The notes under the pieces are model-generated. The model made no database searches. It was not told where the DNA came from and saw only the letters and a list, made by a program, of their open reading frames with translations. From the IMG/VR virus record IMGVR_UViG_3300020578_000020, positions 1-64,000 of that record: a DNA stretch of 64,000 bases. The stretch is one strand, 5' to 3'. Both the position numbers and the translations under genes were made by a program. Shown here piece after piece: positions 49,673 through 60,119 of this stretch (its first letter is position 1; every line of letters starts with the position of its first letter). The DNA comes from a virus. Its lineage: Duplodnaviria > Caudoviricetes.

Positions 49673-50095
49673 TTAAGAGGATTTAATAATATTAAACTTA
49701 TTTGTTTTTTTTACGGTGGTCATTCCCACAGAATTCCAATACCATAGAACATTATCCTGTTTTTGACTTATGTGAATAATTAAACCGTAATCAAACCCTT
49801 CTTCCAAAATTTTCACAATCAACAATCCATCATTTGTTTTTATGGTTTTTATTGGTAATACACTTAAAAATTCATCATTTACATAATAAGAGGATGTTTC
49901 ATCACTCAAGTCAATTACATAAGTTGTTTTTGTTGACTCAGGATCACGTAAAATATCAGGACTCATCAAGACCGAATCTAAAGTTGTGCTTCTAAATGAA
50001 ACCATTTCTTGTCTTTCAAACATCTCAATTACTATTTTTTGAGAAAAAGAAAAAGAGAAGAAGAATAAAAGAATTGATAAGAAATAAGTTTTCAT
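49673..50095 (-). CDS. Secreted hypothetical protein
   Basis: Signal ending SFSQ; TACCTTTG box upstream on minus strand. Confidence 0.7.
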   Translation of the reverse strand: MKTYFLSILLFFFSFSFSQKIVIEMFERQEMVSFRSTTLDSVLMSPDILRDPESTKTTYVIDLSDETSSYYVNDEFLSVLPIKTIKTNDGLLIVKILEEGFDYGLIIHISQKQDNVLWYWNSVGMTTVKKTNKFNIIKSS

Positions 50096-50200
50096 AATAA
50101 TTGTGTTTTAAATTGATAATAAAACAAAGGTATATAAAAAATTAAATAAAAAAAAACTTTTTATTTTTTTTTGGTGTATTTATAATTAAATAAAAAACAT

Positions 50201-51127
50201 ATGAAAAAATTTTTAATATCAGAATCAGAAAAAAACCGAATTTTAGAAATGCACAAAAGAGCCGTTAGAAAAGAATGGGTTCTTAATGAAGCTTCTGGCG
50301 ATGATGATGGTAGCGGTAAAGAATTAAAAAATGCTGGAATTAGAAGTATATCACCTGCAGATACTACCGATTCTAATACAGGCGGATTAAAGGCGGCTGG
50401 AGGGGCGACTTTCGTCCAACTTGTAGATATAAATGGGATTACACTTTATTATAACTGTATAAGAGACCCAAGAGCAAGTAAAAAAGAGGTCGATGTCAGC
50501 CCTACAATTTTCAAAACAGGGTCCCTAATGGATCAAAATTACAATGATGTAAGAAACAACACAATATTGCATGGAAATTGGGAACAAATACTACAAAAAA
50601 ATTGTAGTTCTGCGTATTCATTTGTTAATAATTGGAGAGCTGAAAATTGTCCAAAACTGAACGCTAAAACATATTGGGATTATAACAATCAATGTTCTAT
50701 TTATATGAATGCTCAAGCGGCTGAAAAACAACAACAAGCTCAAGCAACTGCTGACGCAGATGCTCAAAAAGTAAAAGATGCTGAGGCGGCTAAAGAGAAG
50801 GCCGATATGGATGCTAGAACCGCAGCTGCAAATGCCAAAAACTTAGAGGCAAAAACTTCGGCAGCTTCATTTTCGGAGCCTTTCAATAAACTTTATAGTG
50901 AGTTATTTACATTAGTTTCTTCATCTCCTATGGGTAGTCAACAAGAAATAGAGGATAAAATTAATCAATTAAATACTATGTATAACGACCCAAATCTAAA
51001 AACAGGTAGACTTGAAGCTAAGGATAATAATTCAATCGCGACAACAATAAAAAATACACCAAAATTATTACAACAAGCTAAAGCCCAATATCCAGGAATA
51101 ACCGCAACATTTGGAAAGTCTCTTTAG
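50201..51127 (+). CDS. EKxRIL-leader protein with Ala-rich coiled coil
   Basis: MKKFLISESEKNRILEMHK...VLNE. Confidence 0.8.
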   Translation: MKKFLISESEKNRILEMHKRAVRKEWVLNEASGDDDGSGKELKNAGIRSISPADTTDSNTGGLKAAGGATFVQLVDINGITLYYNCIRDPRASKKEVDVSPTIFKTGSLMDQNYNDVRNNTILHGNWEQILQKNCSSAYSFVNNWRAENCPKLNAKTYWDYNNQCSIYMNAQAAEKQQQAQATADADAQKVKDAEAAKEKADMDARTAAANAKNLEAKTSAASFSEPFNKLYSELFTLVSSSPMGSQQEIEDKINQLNTMYNDPNLKTGRLEAKDNNSIATTIKNTPKLLQQAKAQYPGITATFGKSL

Positions 51128-51192
51128 TATTTACAACCAAATAATTTGATTTTTTTATACAAAAACCCCCATCCTAAAGAGGGGGTTTCTTT

Positions 51193-51705
51193 TTATTTAT
51201 ACATTGTCAAAACACAGTAAAAAGTTGGATTATTTTGATAGAACACATTCCCATAATATATTTTATTCGATATTTTAGATCCCACACAAACACCATCGTA
51301 TTTTGTATCAAGTAAAAGTGCATTATGTGATGGAGAATTTTTCCATATTTCTAAAACTCGATTGGCCCTTTCTTCATCTGTTTTTTTATCGTCAAATGTA
51401 CATAAATTTTCACCAATGTATTTATAGTTATAACCATATAGGTAGGTGATTCGATCGGTAAAATTATTAAAAGTTTGACCAAAAGATGATTGTATCGTTT
51501 GTGAGTGATCGAAAGGCATTGTTGATGTCTCAACCATGTAAGTTAGCATTTGACTATTTGCCAATTTTGCTTCAGAAGAATACTTTAATGGTGAGAGACC
51601 ATATTCTTTTCGATATTGATTAACTTTTTTAATGATTAGATCATTTACAGTTTGACCAAAGCTGTGAAAGAAAAGAAAGAAGATAAAAATTGATAATGTT
51701 TTCAT
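51193..51705 (-). CDS. Secreted CAP/SCP-domain protein
   Basis: VNQYRKEYGLSPL...GENL...WKNSPSHNALLL; TACATTTG box. Confidence 0.85.
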   Translation of the reverse strand: MKTLSIFIFFLFFHSFGQTVNDLIIKKVNQYRKEYGLSPLKYSSEAKLANSQMLTYMVETSTMPFDHSQTIQSSFGQTFNNFTDRITYLYGYNYKYIGENLCTFDDKKTDEERANRVLEIWKNSPSHNALLLDTKYDGVCVGSKISNKIYYGNVFYQNNPTFYCVLTMYK

Positions 51706-51769
51706 TTGTTAGATTTATACTACAAATGTAAAATTAATTTCTCTAATAAAAAAAATTAAAACAATATTT

Positions 51770-53812
51770 TTATTTAGTTTTATTTCTTCCCCTTCTTTTT
51801 GGGTTTTCTTCTTTGGTTACCACAAGAATTTCATCGTTTTCAACAACCAAAACATACTCCTTATTTTCTTCGATTTCCGACATCAATATCTTTTCTGAAA
51901 TTAAGTCTTCAATTTTTTCTTGGATTGCCCGTTTTATAGGTCTTGCCCCGAAAGTTTCATCAAAACCGACTTTTGAAATATACTCAATTAAATCTTGATT
52001 ATATGTGAAGATATAATGTTTTTCTAAAACTCTACTTAATAGTTTATCAACCTCGAGTTTTGTGATCTTATCGATATGGTCTTTTTCTAAAGAATTAAAA
52101 ATAACAACATCATCAATTCTATTTAAGAATTCGGGTGCGAAAAACTTCTTCAACTCTTTTTTTAGAACCTCTTGTTTTTCTTCTTCTAATACAACATCAC
52201 TTTTTGTGGTTTTGAATCCCATGCCAGTTCCAAAATCTTGTAATTTCTTAACACCAATATTGGATGTCATGATTATTAAACAATTTTTGAAATTGATTTT
52301 ACGACCCAAAGAATCGGTAATATGACCATCGTCTAACAACTGTAATAATGTTGAAAATATGTCTTTATGAGCCTTTTCAATCTCATCGAATAATACAACA
52401 GAATAAGGTTTGTTTTTGACTTGTTCGGTTAATTGACCACCTTGGTCATATCCAACGTATCCTGGAGGAGATCCAATAAGTCGAGATATTGTGTGTTTTT
52501 CTTGATATTCACTCATATCCACTCTAATCATGTTGTCAGGACTTCCAAAAATTTCTTTTGCCAATTGTTTTGCCAAGTATGTTTTTCCAACTCCTGTTGA
52601 ACCAAGAAAAATGAATGATCCTATGGGTTTGTTTGGATCTTTAATACCCATTCGGTTTCTTCTAATTGCTTTTGATATTTTATTTACCGCCTCTTCTTGA
52701 CCAATTACCTTTGAGTTCAAGTTTTCATTCAAACTAATTAAACTATTTCTTTCATCTACGTTGATATTTGAAATTGGAATTTTAGTCATATTTGATACAA
52801 CTTCATAAATCAACTCTTCAGGAATATTTCTTTTACTATTTCTTAAGTGTTGCTCAAATTTCTTTTTTTCTTCCTCCAATTTTGATAGTACACTTCTTTC
52901 ACGGTCTCTTAGTTCTGCCGCTTGTTCGTAATTTTGTTTTTTAATTACGTTGAATTTCTCTTGTTTGATGTTGTTTGCTTGTTGCTTGAGGTCTTCAATT
53001 TCCTTTGGTAATTTAACGTCGATTTGCATTCTTGCTCCAACCTCATCTAAAATATCAAAGGCCTTGTCAGGAAATTCGCGATCTGTAATATAACGATCTG
53101 CTAACTCAACAAATATTTTTAATGTTTCATCGTCGTATGAGACTTTATGATGATCCTCATATTTTAATTTACTTAATTTTAATATTTCCAATGTTTCTTC
53201 TTTTGAAGATGGATCAACCACAACTTTTTGAAACCTTCGCTCTAATGCTCCGTCTTTTTCAAAGTTTGTTCGATATTCATCTAAGGTTGTTGCTCCAATA
53301 CATTGTATTTCACCACGAGAAAGTGCTGGTTTGAAGATGTTCGACGCATCTAACGATCCTGAACTATTTCCTGCACCAACAATCGTATGAATTTCATCAA
53401 TAAATAAAATAATATTCGGAGTGTTCTGAAGTTCTTCGATTATTACTTTCATCCTTTCTTCAAACTGACCACGGTATTTTGTTCCTGCAACCAAAGAATT
53501 CATATCCAAAGACACGATTCTCTTATCCATAAGATTTTTGGGACATTCTCCTTTGTGAATCATCATAGCAAGACCATCGACGATTGCCGTTTTACCTGCT
53601 CCAGGTTCACCAATAATAATTGGATTATTTTTTTTTCTACGAGATAGAATTTGAGCAATTCTCAAGATTTCTTTTTTTCTTCCAATAACAGGATCAAGTT
53701 TCCCATCTTGTGCAAACTTATTTAAATCCTTGCTGAAATTATCTAAAACAGGTGTTACACTGTCACTCTTCTTTTTTGATTTGTCGTTTTCTTCATCCAT
53801 AAATTCTAACAT
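51770..53812 (-). CDS. clpC: ClpC-like AAA+ ATPase lacking the N-terminal Clp-repeat domain
   Basis: [14 protein letters not shown]; UVR-like YEQAAELRD; [17 protein letters not shown]; MGF loop. Confidence 0.9.
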   Translation of the reverse strand: MLEFMDEENDKSKKKSDSVTPVLDNFSKDLNKFAQDGKLDPVIGRKKEILRIAQILSRRKKNNPIIIGEPGAGKTAIVDGLAMMIHKGECPKNLMDKRIVSLDMNSLVAGTKYRGQFEERMKVIIEELQNTPNIILFIDEIHTIVGAGNSSGSLDASNIFKPALSRGEIQCIGATTLDEYRTNFEKDGALERRFQKVVVDPSSKEETLEILKLSKLKYEDHHKVSYDDETLKIFVELADRYITDREFPDKAFDILDEVGARMQIDVKLPKEIEDLKQQANNIKQEKFNVIKKQNYEQAAELRDRERSVLSKLEEEKKKFEQHLRNSKRNIPEELIYEVVSNMTKIPISNINVDERNSLISLNENLNSKVIGQEEAVNKISKAIRRNRMGIKDPNKPIGSFIFLGSTGVGKTYLAKQLAKEIFGSPDNMIRVDMSEYQEKHTISRLIGSPPGYVGYDQGGQLTEQVKNKPYSVVLFDEIEKAHKDIFSTLLQLLDDGHITDSLGRKINFKNCLIIMTSNIGVKKLQDFGTGMGFKTTKSDVVLEEEKQEVLKKELKKFFAPEFLNRIDDVVIFNSLEKDHIDKITKLEVDKLLSRVLEKHYIFTYNQDLIEYISKVGFDETFGARPIKRAIQEKIEDLISEKILMSEIEENKEYVLVVENDEILVVTKEENPKRRGRNKTK

Positions 53813-53983
53813 AACTTTTTTTCAAATTATACAATTATCTTTTTATAAAGTCCATAACTGAACATTTGTCATGTTTTTTAATTTTAGTATGACAAAATAA
53901 CAGTATTTTTATTTTTTTTTAAAAATGGCACATTATTGGTTTAGAATGGTAAAAAATAAACTTATTAAAAAAATGTATTCAAA

Positions 53984-55852
53984 ATGGGAAAAATTATCGG
54001 AATAGATTTAGGGACTACTAATTCTTGTGTGGCAGTAATGGAAGGTCGCGAACCTGTGGTAATCACAAACAGCGAAGGTAAAAGAACAACACCATCTGTT
54101 GTTGGATTTATTAAAGATGGTGAGAGAAAAATTGGAGATCCAGCAAAACGACAGGCTGTAACAAATCCAAATAAAACAATCTACTCAATCAAAAGATTTA
54201 TGGGAAGTAAATTCGAGGAAACAAAAAGTGAAATATCGAAAGTTCCTTATAAAATCATAAACGAAAATCAAACACCAAAGGTTAAAATTGATGATAGAAG
54301 TTTTTCTCCACAAGAAATCTCCGCGGCAATTCTTCAAAAAATGAAACAAACCGCTGAAGACTACTTAGGTCAAAAGGTCACAGATGCGGTGATTACGGTT
54401 CCTGCATACTTTAATGACGCACAAAGACAAGCAACAAAAGAAGCTGGTGAGATTGCTGGTCTAAATGTTAAAAGAATCATCAACGAACCTACCGCAGCGG
54501 CTTTAGCATATGGATTAGATAAAATTTCAAAAGACATGAAAATAGTTGTATTTGACTGTGGTGGTGGAACACATGACGTATCTGTATTGGAACTTGGTGA
54601 TGGTGTATTTGAAGTATTATCCACTGACGGGGATACTCATTTGGGTGGTGATGACTTTGATCAGGTAATTATTGATTTTTTGGCGTCAGAATTTAAACAA
54701 AATACAGGAATCGATGCGACAAAAGATCCTATGGCACTTCAAAGATTAAAAGAGGCAGGTGAAAAAGCAAAAATAGAATTATCATCTTCACCACAAACTG
54801 AAATTAATTTACCTTATTTATCGGCAGATTCAACAGGGCCCAAACACCTTGTTGTAACAATCACAAAATCAAAATTCGATCAACTAACTGAGGATTTGGT
54901 AAAAAGAACAATTAGACCATGTGAATCGGCCTTGAAAAAGGCTGGTTTAAAACCAAGTGATATTGATGAGATTATTTTGGTGGGAGGATCAACACGTATT
55001 CCAGCAATTCAAGAAGCCGTAAAAAAATTTTTTGGTAAAGATCCTTCAAAAGGGGTTAATCCCGACGAGGTGGTTGCCTTAGGGGCCGCAATTCAAGGTG
55101 GTGTTTTGGGTGGTGATGTTACTGATGTATTATTATTGGATATAACTCCACTTTCATTGGGTATTGAAACAATGGGTGGCGTATTTACAAAACTAATTGA
55201 TGCAAACACAACTATTCCAACAAAAAAATCTGAAACATTCTCAACGGCAGTTGATAACCAACCAACGGTAGAAATTCATGTTCTTCAAGGAGAAAGAGCG
55301 ATGGCAAAAGACAACAGAACTATTGGTAAATTTAATTTGGACGGTATTCCACCAGCAAGACGAGGAACTCCTCAAATCGAAGTAACTTTCGATATTGACG
55401 CGAACGGTATAATCAATGTATCTGCGGTCGACAAAGCAACAAATAAAGTTCAATCTATTCGTATTGAGTCATCATCAGGTCTTTCAAAAGAAGAAGTTGA
55501 AAGAATGAAAAGGGAGGCTGAAATAAATGCTGAGGCGGACAAAAAACTTAAAGAAGACGCTGATACTTTAAATTCGGCAGATTCATTAATGTTCCAAGTT
55601 GGTAAATCACTCGAGGATCTTGGTGACAAAATCTCTGAAGAAGAAAAATCTGAAATTAACTCCAAAGTTGAGAAATTAAGAGAAGCTTGTAATAAGAAAG
55701 ATATTTCACAAGTTAAAACACTTACCGAAGAAGTCAATAAAAAGTTTCAAGAGATAAGTCAAAAGTTGTATGAACAAACAAATCAAACAACACCTAATGA
55801 TGAAGTTACAGAAGAAGACTTCCAAAATGTTGAGTTCGAAGAAGTAAAATAA
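53984..55852 (+). CDS. dnaK: Hsp70 chaperone DnaK
   Basis: [45 protein letters not shown]. Confidence 0.98.
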   Translation: MGKIIGIDLGTTNSCVAVMEGREPVVITNSEGKRTTPSVVGFIKDGERKIGDPAKRQAVTNPNKTIYSIKRFMGSKFEETKSEISKVPYKIINENQTPKVKIDDRSFSPQEISAAILQKMKQTAEDYLGQKVTDAVITVPAYFNDAQRQATKEAGEIAGLNVKRIINEPTAAALAYGLDKISKDMKIVVFDCGGGTHDVSVLELGDGVFEVLSTDGDTHLGGDDFDQVIIDFLASEFKQNTGIDATKDPMALQRLKEAGEKAKIELSSSPQTEINLPYLSADSTGPKHLVVTITKSKFDQLTEDLVKRTIRPCESALKKAGLKPSDIDEIILVGGSTRIPAIQEAVKKFFGKDPSKGVNPDEVVALGAAIQGGVLGGDVTDVLLLDITPLSLGIETMGGVFTKLIDANTTIPTKKSETFSTAVDNQPTVEIHVLQGERAMAKDNRTIGKFNLDGIPPARRGTPQIEVTFDIDANGIINVSAVDKATNKVQSIRIESSSGLSKEEVERMKREAEINAEADKKLKEDADTLNSADSLMFQVGKSLEDLGDKISEEEKSEINSKVEKLREACNKKDISQVKTLTEEVNKKFQEISQKLYEQTNQTTPNDEVTEEDFQNVEFEEVK

Positions 55853-55875
55853 TCTCTCAAGATTGAAATAAATTA

Positions 55876-55902
55876 AATCCACCTTCGGGTGGATTTTTTT
55901 TT
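55876..55902 (+). terminator. Terminator after dnaK
   Basis: AATCCACC-TTCG-GGTGGATT plus T-run. Confidence 0.85.
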
Positions 55903-55917
55903 CATATATTTATAGTC

Positions 55918-56238
55918 ATGAAAGCTTGGAAAAAATTCGCAGAAACTTTAGAATTAACAAATGAGTTAGAAGATATGTATTTCGAAATTAGAGAAATTTT
56001 TCAAATAGAAGGTTGGACACAAAAAGATGTTGAAAGGCCACCATATTATCCAAATGACTTGATGACTTTACATTCAAAATTCCAACAATTAGTTCGAGAA
56101 ACAGACCGAACAATAAGAGATTATGGTTTTGATGTTGACGGACAAGAAGTTAGTAATTATATTATAAAAAAACTTAGTCACATAGATGACATAACCCCAT
56201 TAAGAGACGAAGATGGCAATAACAAGCGAAATAATTAG
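55918..56238 (+). CDS. Hypothetical protein
   Basis: TATTTAT 4 nt before ATG; MKAWKKFAE start. Confidence 0.7.
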   Translation: MKAWKKFAETLELTNELEDMYFEIREIFQIEGWTQKDVERPPYYPNDLMTLHSKFQQLVRETDRTIRDYGFDVDGQEVSNYIIKKLSHIDDITPLRDEDGNNKRNN

Positions 56239-56455
56239 TGGAACTACAATTTTAAATGAAGTAGAATCTTCAAACATTGTTAGAACACAATACGATACTT
56301 TAACAAAAAAAATGATTGCTGAGTTTAAAAACGGAGCAAAATATGAATATGATGATGTACCTCATCAAAAGTATACTCAATTCAGATCGGCACAATCACA
56401 GGGTAATTTTTTCAATACGAACATTTCAAAAGTTCATAAGTATAAGAAACTATAA
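56213..56455 (+). CDS. KTSC-domain protein
   Basis: VESSNI...YD...EFKNGAKYEYDDVP...F..A.SQGNFFNTNI. Confidence 0.85.
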   Translation: MAITSEIISGTTILNEVESSNIVRTQYDTLTKKMIAEFKNGAKYEYDDVPHQKYTQFRSAQSQGNFFNTNISKVHKYKKL

Positions 56456-56474
56456 TCAGTAGGTATTTATTAAT

Positions 56475-57212
56475 ATGTATAATACCGATGTTATTAAAAG
56501 TTTTAAATCTCAAGACGAACTCAATTTAAAAATTTGGGAAAAGGATGGTAAGTCGTATATGATGAGACCTGACGTTAGAGAAAGACTTTTGGAGGTTGCC
56601 AACCTTTTTATCGATTCATTAGGGGTTGATTTAATAATCACTGATATTATTATGATTGGTTCTTTAGTTAATTACAACTGGTCAAAATATTCTGATATTG
56701 ATTTACACGTAGTTGTTAATTTCGATCAGTTTTCTGAAAACTCAAAAGATTTATATCTCGAATTCTTTGATCTAAAAAAAGTAGTTTTTAATCAAAAACA
56801 TAATATTACAATGTTTGGTTATGATGTTGAGTGTTTTGTACAGAAGGAAGATGAAACAACTTTTAGTAGTGGTATCTATTCTATTCTTTATGATATGTGG
56901 ATGAATGAACCAAAAAAACTTGGTGTTGATAATATTGATAAGAAATTATTAAAAGACAAAGCGTCACAATGGATGAGAATAATTGATGGTGTTGTTGACA
57001 ACATAGAAGATGAAAATCCTAACGAAATTAAATCTTTGGTAAAAAAATATAAAGAAAAACTTAAGAAGTTTAGAAACTGTGGTTTAGAAAAAGATGGCGA
57101 AATGTCTTTAGAAAATTTAGTTTTTAAATTACTAAGAAGAAACGGGTACATCGAAAAACTATACGATGTTCCAAATAAAGTCATAGACAAAAAACTCTCT
57201 ATGAAACAATAA
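56475..57212 (+). CDS. Pol-beta-superfamily nucleotidyltransferase
   Basis: IGSLVNYNWSKYSDIDLH; ENLVFKLLRRNG. Confidence 0.8.
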   Translation: MYNTDVIKSFKSQDELNLKIWEKDGKSYMMRPDVRERLLEVANLFIDSLGVDLIITDIIMIGSLVNYNWSKYSDIDLHVVVNFDQFSENSKDLYLEFFDLKKVVFNQKHNITMFGYDVECFVQKEDETTFSSGIYSILYDMWMNEPKKLGVDNIDKKLLKDKASQWMRIIDGVVDNIEDENPNEIKSLVKKYKEKLKKFRNCGLEKDGEMSLENLVFKLLRRNGYIEKLYDVPNKVIDKKLSMKQ

Positions 57213-57288
57213 ATCAATAGAAACAAAAATAATTGTATTTATCGATATATTTATTAATAAAAAATAATTTCTGTTAAAATAAAAAAAC

Positions 57289-58836
57289 ATGGGAGGAATA
57301 AAACCTATTGGAAGTGAAAGACTCGAAGGGATGAATAAACTTAGACGAATTATGGAAATTGCTCGTTTTAAAGAAAATATCCCACAACAAATAAATGAAA
57401 CTAAATCCACAGAATATAGTATCCACTTGGCTGACGGTAATGTTTATCGTATCGAAAAAGAAAGACAAGGTTATATAATCAAATTGGCGATTAATGAATC
57501 GGAGTCAGAATACATCGAGCCTATGAAGGCAAGAAGATATTATAACGCATACTCACAAGCTCTAAAAAGATTAAATCTAATCACAAAAGAAATTAATGCA
57601 CTTCATGAAAATGAAGAAGGAACCGCACTAATTGGTGAGCAAAAAAAAAAGTTCATACTAAAGACCAAAAAAAAAGTTGAGTCTCCACCTGCTCAAAGCG
57701 CAGAAGGTGGGGCAGGATTACCGCCTGTTCCTAGTGGAGAAGGCGACGCAGGATTACCGCCTGTACCCAATACAGAAGGTGGAGCAGAATTACCACCCGT
57801 TCCAAGTGCAGAAGAACAAGGATTACCCCCTGTAGAAGGAGAATTACCACCTACTCCAAGTGCGACAGGGGAGGAAGGAGAATTACCACCTACTCCAAGT
57901 GCGACAGGAGAGGAAGAAGGGTTACCACCTGCTCCGAATGCAGCAGGAGAGGAAGGAGAATTACCACCTGTAGAAGGAGAAGAGGAAGAAATGGAATTTG
58001 ATGCGGAAGAAAAACCAAAAGAAAAAAAAGTATCTGATCTCAAAAGAATTCAAATTTTAGTTGGTAAATTAGCTCAAAAAATCAGGTCATATGGCGAAGA
58101 AAAAGAACTTTCTTCTCAAAATGTTAAATATATTGTTAACTCTATTTTATCAGCTCTCGATGTTGATGTTTTAGATGAGGACGACATAGAATCAATTATA
58201 TCAAAATTAGAAGGTGTTGAGGGTGATGAAGAGGAAGAAGGGGAAGAAATTGAAACTGATGTTGAAGGAGAACTTCCCGAGCCGCCACCCGCACCCGAAG
58301 GAGAATTACCTGAACCGCCAATAGAGGGTGGAGAAATTCCCGCACCACCTGAAATGGGTGAAGGATACGATACCTTAGGAGGAGCATTAAGAGATTATAT
58401 ACCAGCAGCATACGGTAATTTGGCCATGAGTAAAATGTCGGGTGAACAAGTTGAAGAGTATGATCCTGATTTAGAAGAAATTGATTTCGAAGACGTAGGG
58501 GAGGATGACTACCGTTCCCATAGAAGAAAAAGACATCTTTATCCCGATACAGAAAGACTCTCTCATGGAACGTTTGGCGAATCAACCGTTGATAAAATAC
58601 TGAGCAACTATTTTTCTGTAACCCCTAAAGAAAAAGTATTACATGAGATAAATTATAAGAATAATAAAGATAGTATTATTAAACTTGCCAAAACTGTTTC
58701 TCAATTAGATCAAGCTTTAGATTTTATTAAAAAAAATCCTAAAACTAAATTAATAGGTTTGTCTAACAAAAAGAATTTAATTTTCAAACAAGGAATCAAC
58801 GAAGTTAAAATTACTGTTAATGGATTAATTTTATGA
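57289..58836 (+). CDS. Glu/Pro-rich repeat protein, possible head scaffold/core component
   Basis: EG-x-LPP repeats; several [IL]-x-E sites; upstream of terminase/portal. Confidence 0.65.
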   Translation: MGGIKPIGSERLEGMNKLRRIMEIARFKENIPQQINETKSTEYSIHLADGNVYRIEKERQGYIIKLAINESESEYIEPMKARRYYNAYSQALKRLNLITKEINALHENEEGTALIGEQKKKFILKTKKKVESPPAQSAEGGAGLPPVPSGEGDAGLPPVPNTEGGAELPPVPSAEEQGLPPVEGELPPTPSATGEEGELPPTPSATGEEEGLPPAPNAAGEEGELPPVEGEEEEMEFDAEEKPKEKKVSDLKRIQILVGKLAQKIRSYGEEKELSSQNVKYIVNSILSALDVDVLDEDDIESIISKLEGVEGDEEEEGEEIETDVEGELPEPPPAPEGELPEPPIEGGEIPAPPEMGEGYDTLGGALRDYIPAAYGNLAMSKMSGEQVEEYDPDLEEIDFEDVGEDDYRSHRRKRHLYPDTERLSHGTFGESTVDKILSNYFSVTPKEKVLHEINYKNNKDSIIKLAKTVSQLDQALDFIKKNPKTKLIGLSNKKNLIFKQGINEVKITVNGLIL

Positions 58837-59240
58837 ATTATTTAATTTACATAAATGGTTTAGGACCTAACTATAAAGGAGACAACATTTATGAATTTAT
58901 TTATTCGGACAACATTGAAGTTTTTGGAGAAAATTGGGAATCCAAACCATCAAATGGATACCCTTCTCCTCCTGACATCGAATACATAAAAAAAGTTGGA
59001 ACTTTAATTAATGAAAATGTTGAGTTTGATTTAGTTCAAAATTCCGATGTGTTTTCAATGATCGACTCTATGGACGGAGTGATTGCTTTGGGTTGGGAAA
59101 AAGAAAATGACGATAAAGATTTTTCTTTAATAAAAAGATTGGTATTTCATTTCGGAGAGACTGAAGAGAATGTAAAAAATAAATTATACGAAAGAGATAT
59201 CGTGTTACAATTTGAAAAAGAAGTGGTGTATGAAAACTAA
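58833..59240 (+). CDS. Hypothetical protein in packaging cluster
   Basis: ATGA-coupled; DGVIALGWE. Confidence 0.75.
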   Translation: MNYLIYINGLGPNYKGDNIYEFIYSDNIEVFGENWESKPSNGYPSPPDIEYIKKVGTLINENVEFDLVQNSDVFSMIDSMDGVIALGWEKENDDKDFSLIKRLVFHFGETEENVKNKLYERDIVLQFEKEVVYEN

Positions 59241-60081
59241 AAAAAATATAATTTTCCTCATCGAAAACGGGATATCGTCAACCACGATAAATAAGATGAC
59301 TGATCGACAGATCAATGTTTTGGTTGAAAAGTTTAAAAAATTAAATAAAAAGGAAAATAAGGAGCAAGTACAACAAACAACTACTGTTGGACCTAAGGGT
59401 GGTGTTGTACCTTTAAAACCCGGTCAAACACAAGTAAGTTTGAAACCAGTGGCAAATGCCGAACCAGGAACTGTTGAAGTTGTTGAAACTGAAATGACTG
59501 AAGATCAAACTGATAGTGTCACATCATCAAATGCGTTAGGTAAAATTGCAACACAAGCTTACACAGGGCAAGAGGCACCTCACGACGCTAATGACATGGC
59601 GGATGATGGTATGGACAATGATTCAGGAAATAATCGATCAATGATGGGTATGGCGGAGTCTGAAATTAATGAAAAGTTCGAGTCAAAGGCTCAACAAGGT
59701 TTGTTTTGGGCACGTTGTAATAAATGTGCGTCTAAAAATTGTAAGTGGTGTAAAATGGCAAAAGAGTTCTCGGACTCAACCTCTAAAAAACAATACAAAG
59801 ATATGCCCGAGAAAAAACACCCCGAAAAAACGGTAGATTATAAAAAGAAGAAGAAAACAAACGAAAATTTAGAAAAATTTTTAGAAAAAAAAATTTTTGA
59901 AATGGTAGATTCGCAAATCAAACCAAGAATGACTAAAAAAGATCTTATTGAGGCTGTAAAAAAAAAGTCTAAAAATTTCAAATCAATGATCATTAGAAAA
60001 CCAAAAAAAAATACAATGTTTTCTGATGAAGCACCTGTTGAATTACCAATTGGTAAAATGTTTTCTATTGGTAAAAAATAA
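59230..60081 (+). CDS. Hypothetical late protein
   Basis: INEKFESKAQQGLFWA...LE motifs; start moved to ATG 59230. Confidence 0.7.
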   Translation: MKTKKNIIFLIENGISSTTINKMTDRQINVLVEKFKKLNKKENKEQVQQTTTVGPKGGVVPLKPGQTQVSLKPVANAEPGTVEVVETEMTEDQTDSVTSSNALGKIATQAYTGQEAPHDANDMADDGMDNDSGNNRSMMGMAESEINEKFESKAQQGLFWARCNKCASKNCKWCKMAKEFSDSTSKKQYKDMPEKKHPEKTVDYKKKKKTNENLEKFLEKKIFEMVDSQIKPRMTKKDLIEAVKKKSKNFKSMIIRKPKKNTMFSDEAPVELPIGKMFSIGKK

Positions 60082-60119
60082 TCTTTACAACAAAAGTCCC
60101 GAAATGATATTTATTTTAT

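Noticed and set aside
51770-55852. Bacterial chromosome origin suggested by dnaK, clpC, tmRNA and tRNAs
   Set aside because: Embedded among T4-like terminase, portal and phage-style leader genes, with no adjacent grpE/dnaJ or other housekeeping operons
51813-58585. Antisense ORFs within clpC, dnaK, the nucleotidyltransferase and the Glu/Pro protein
   Set aside because: Shadow frames of well-supported genes
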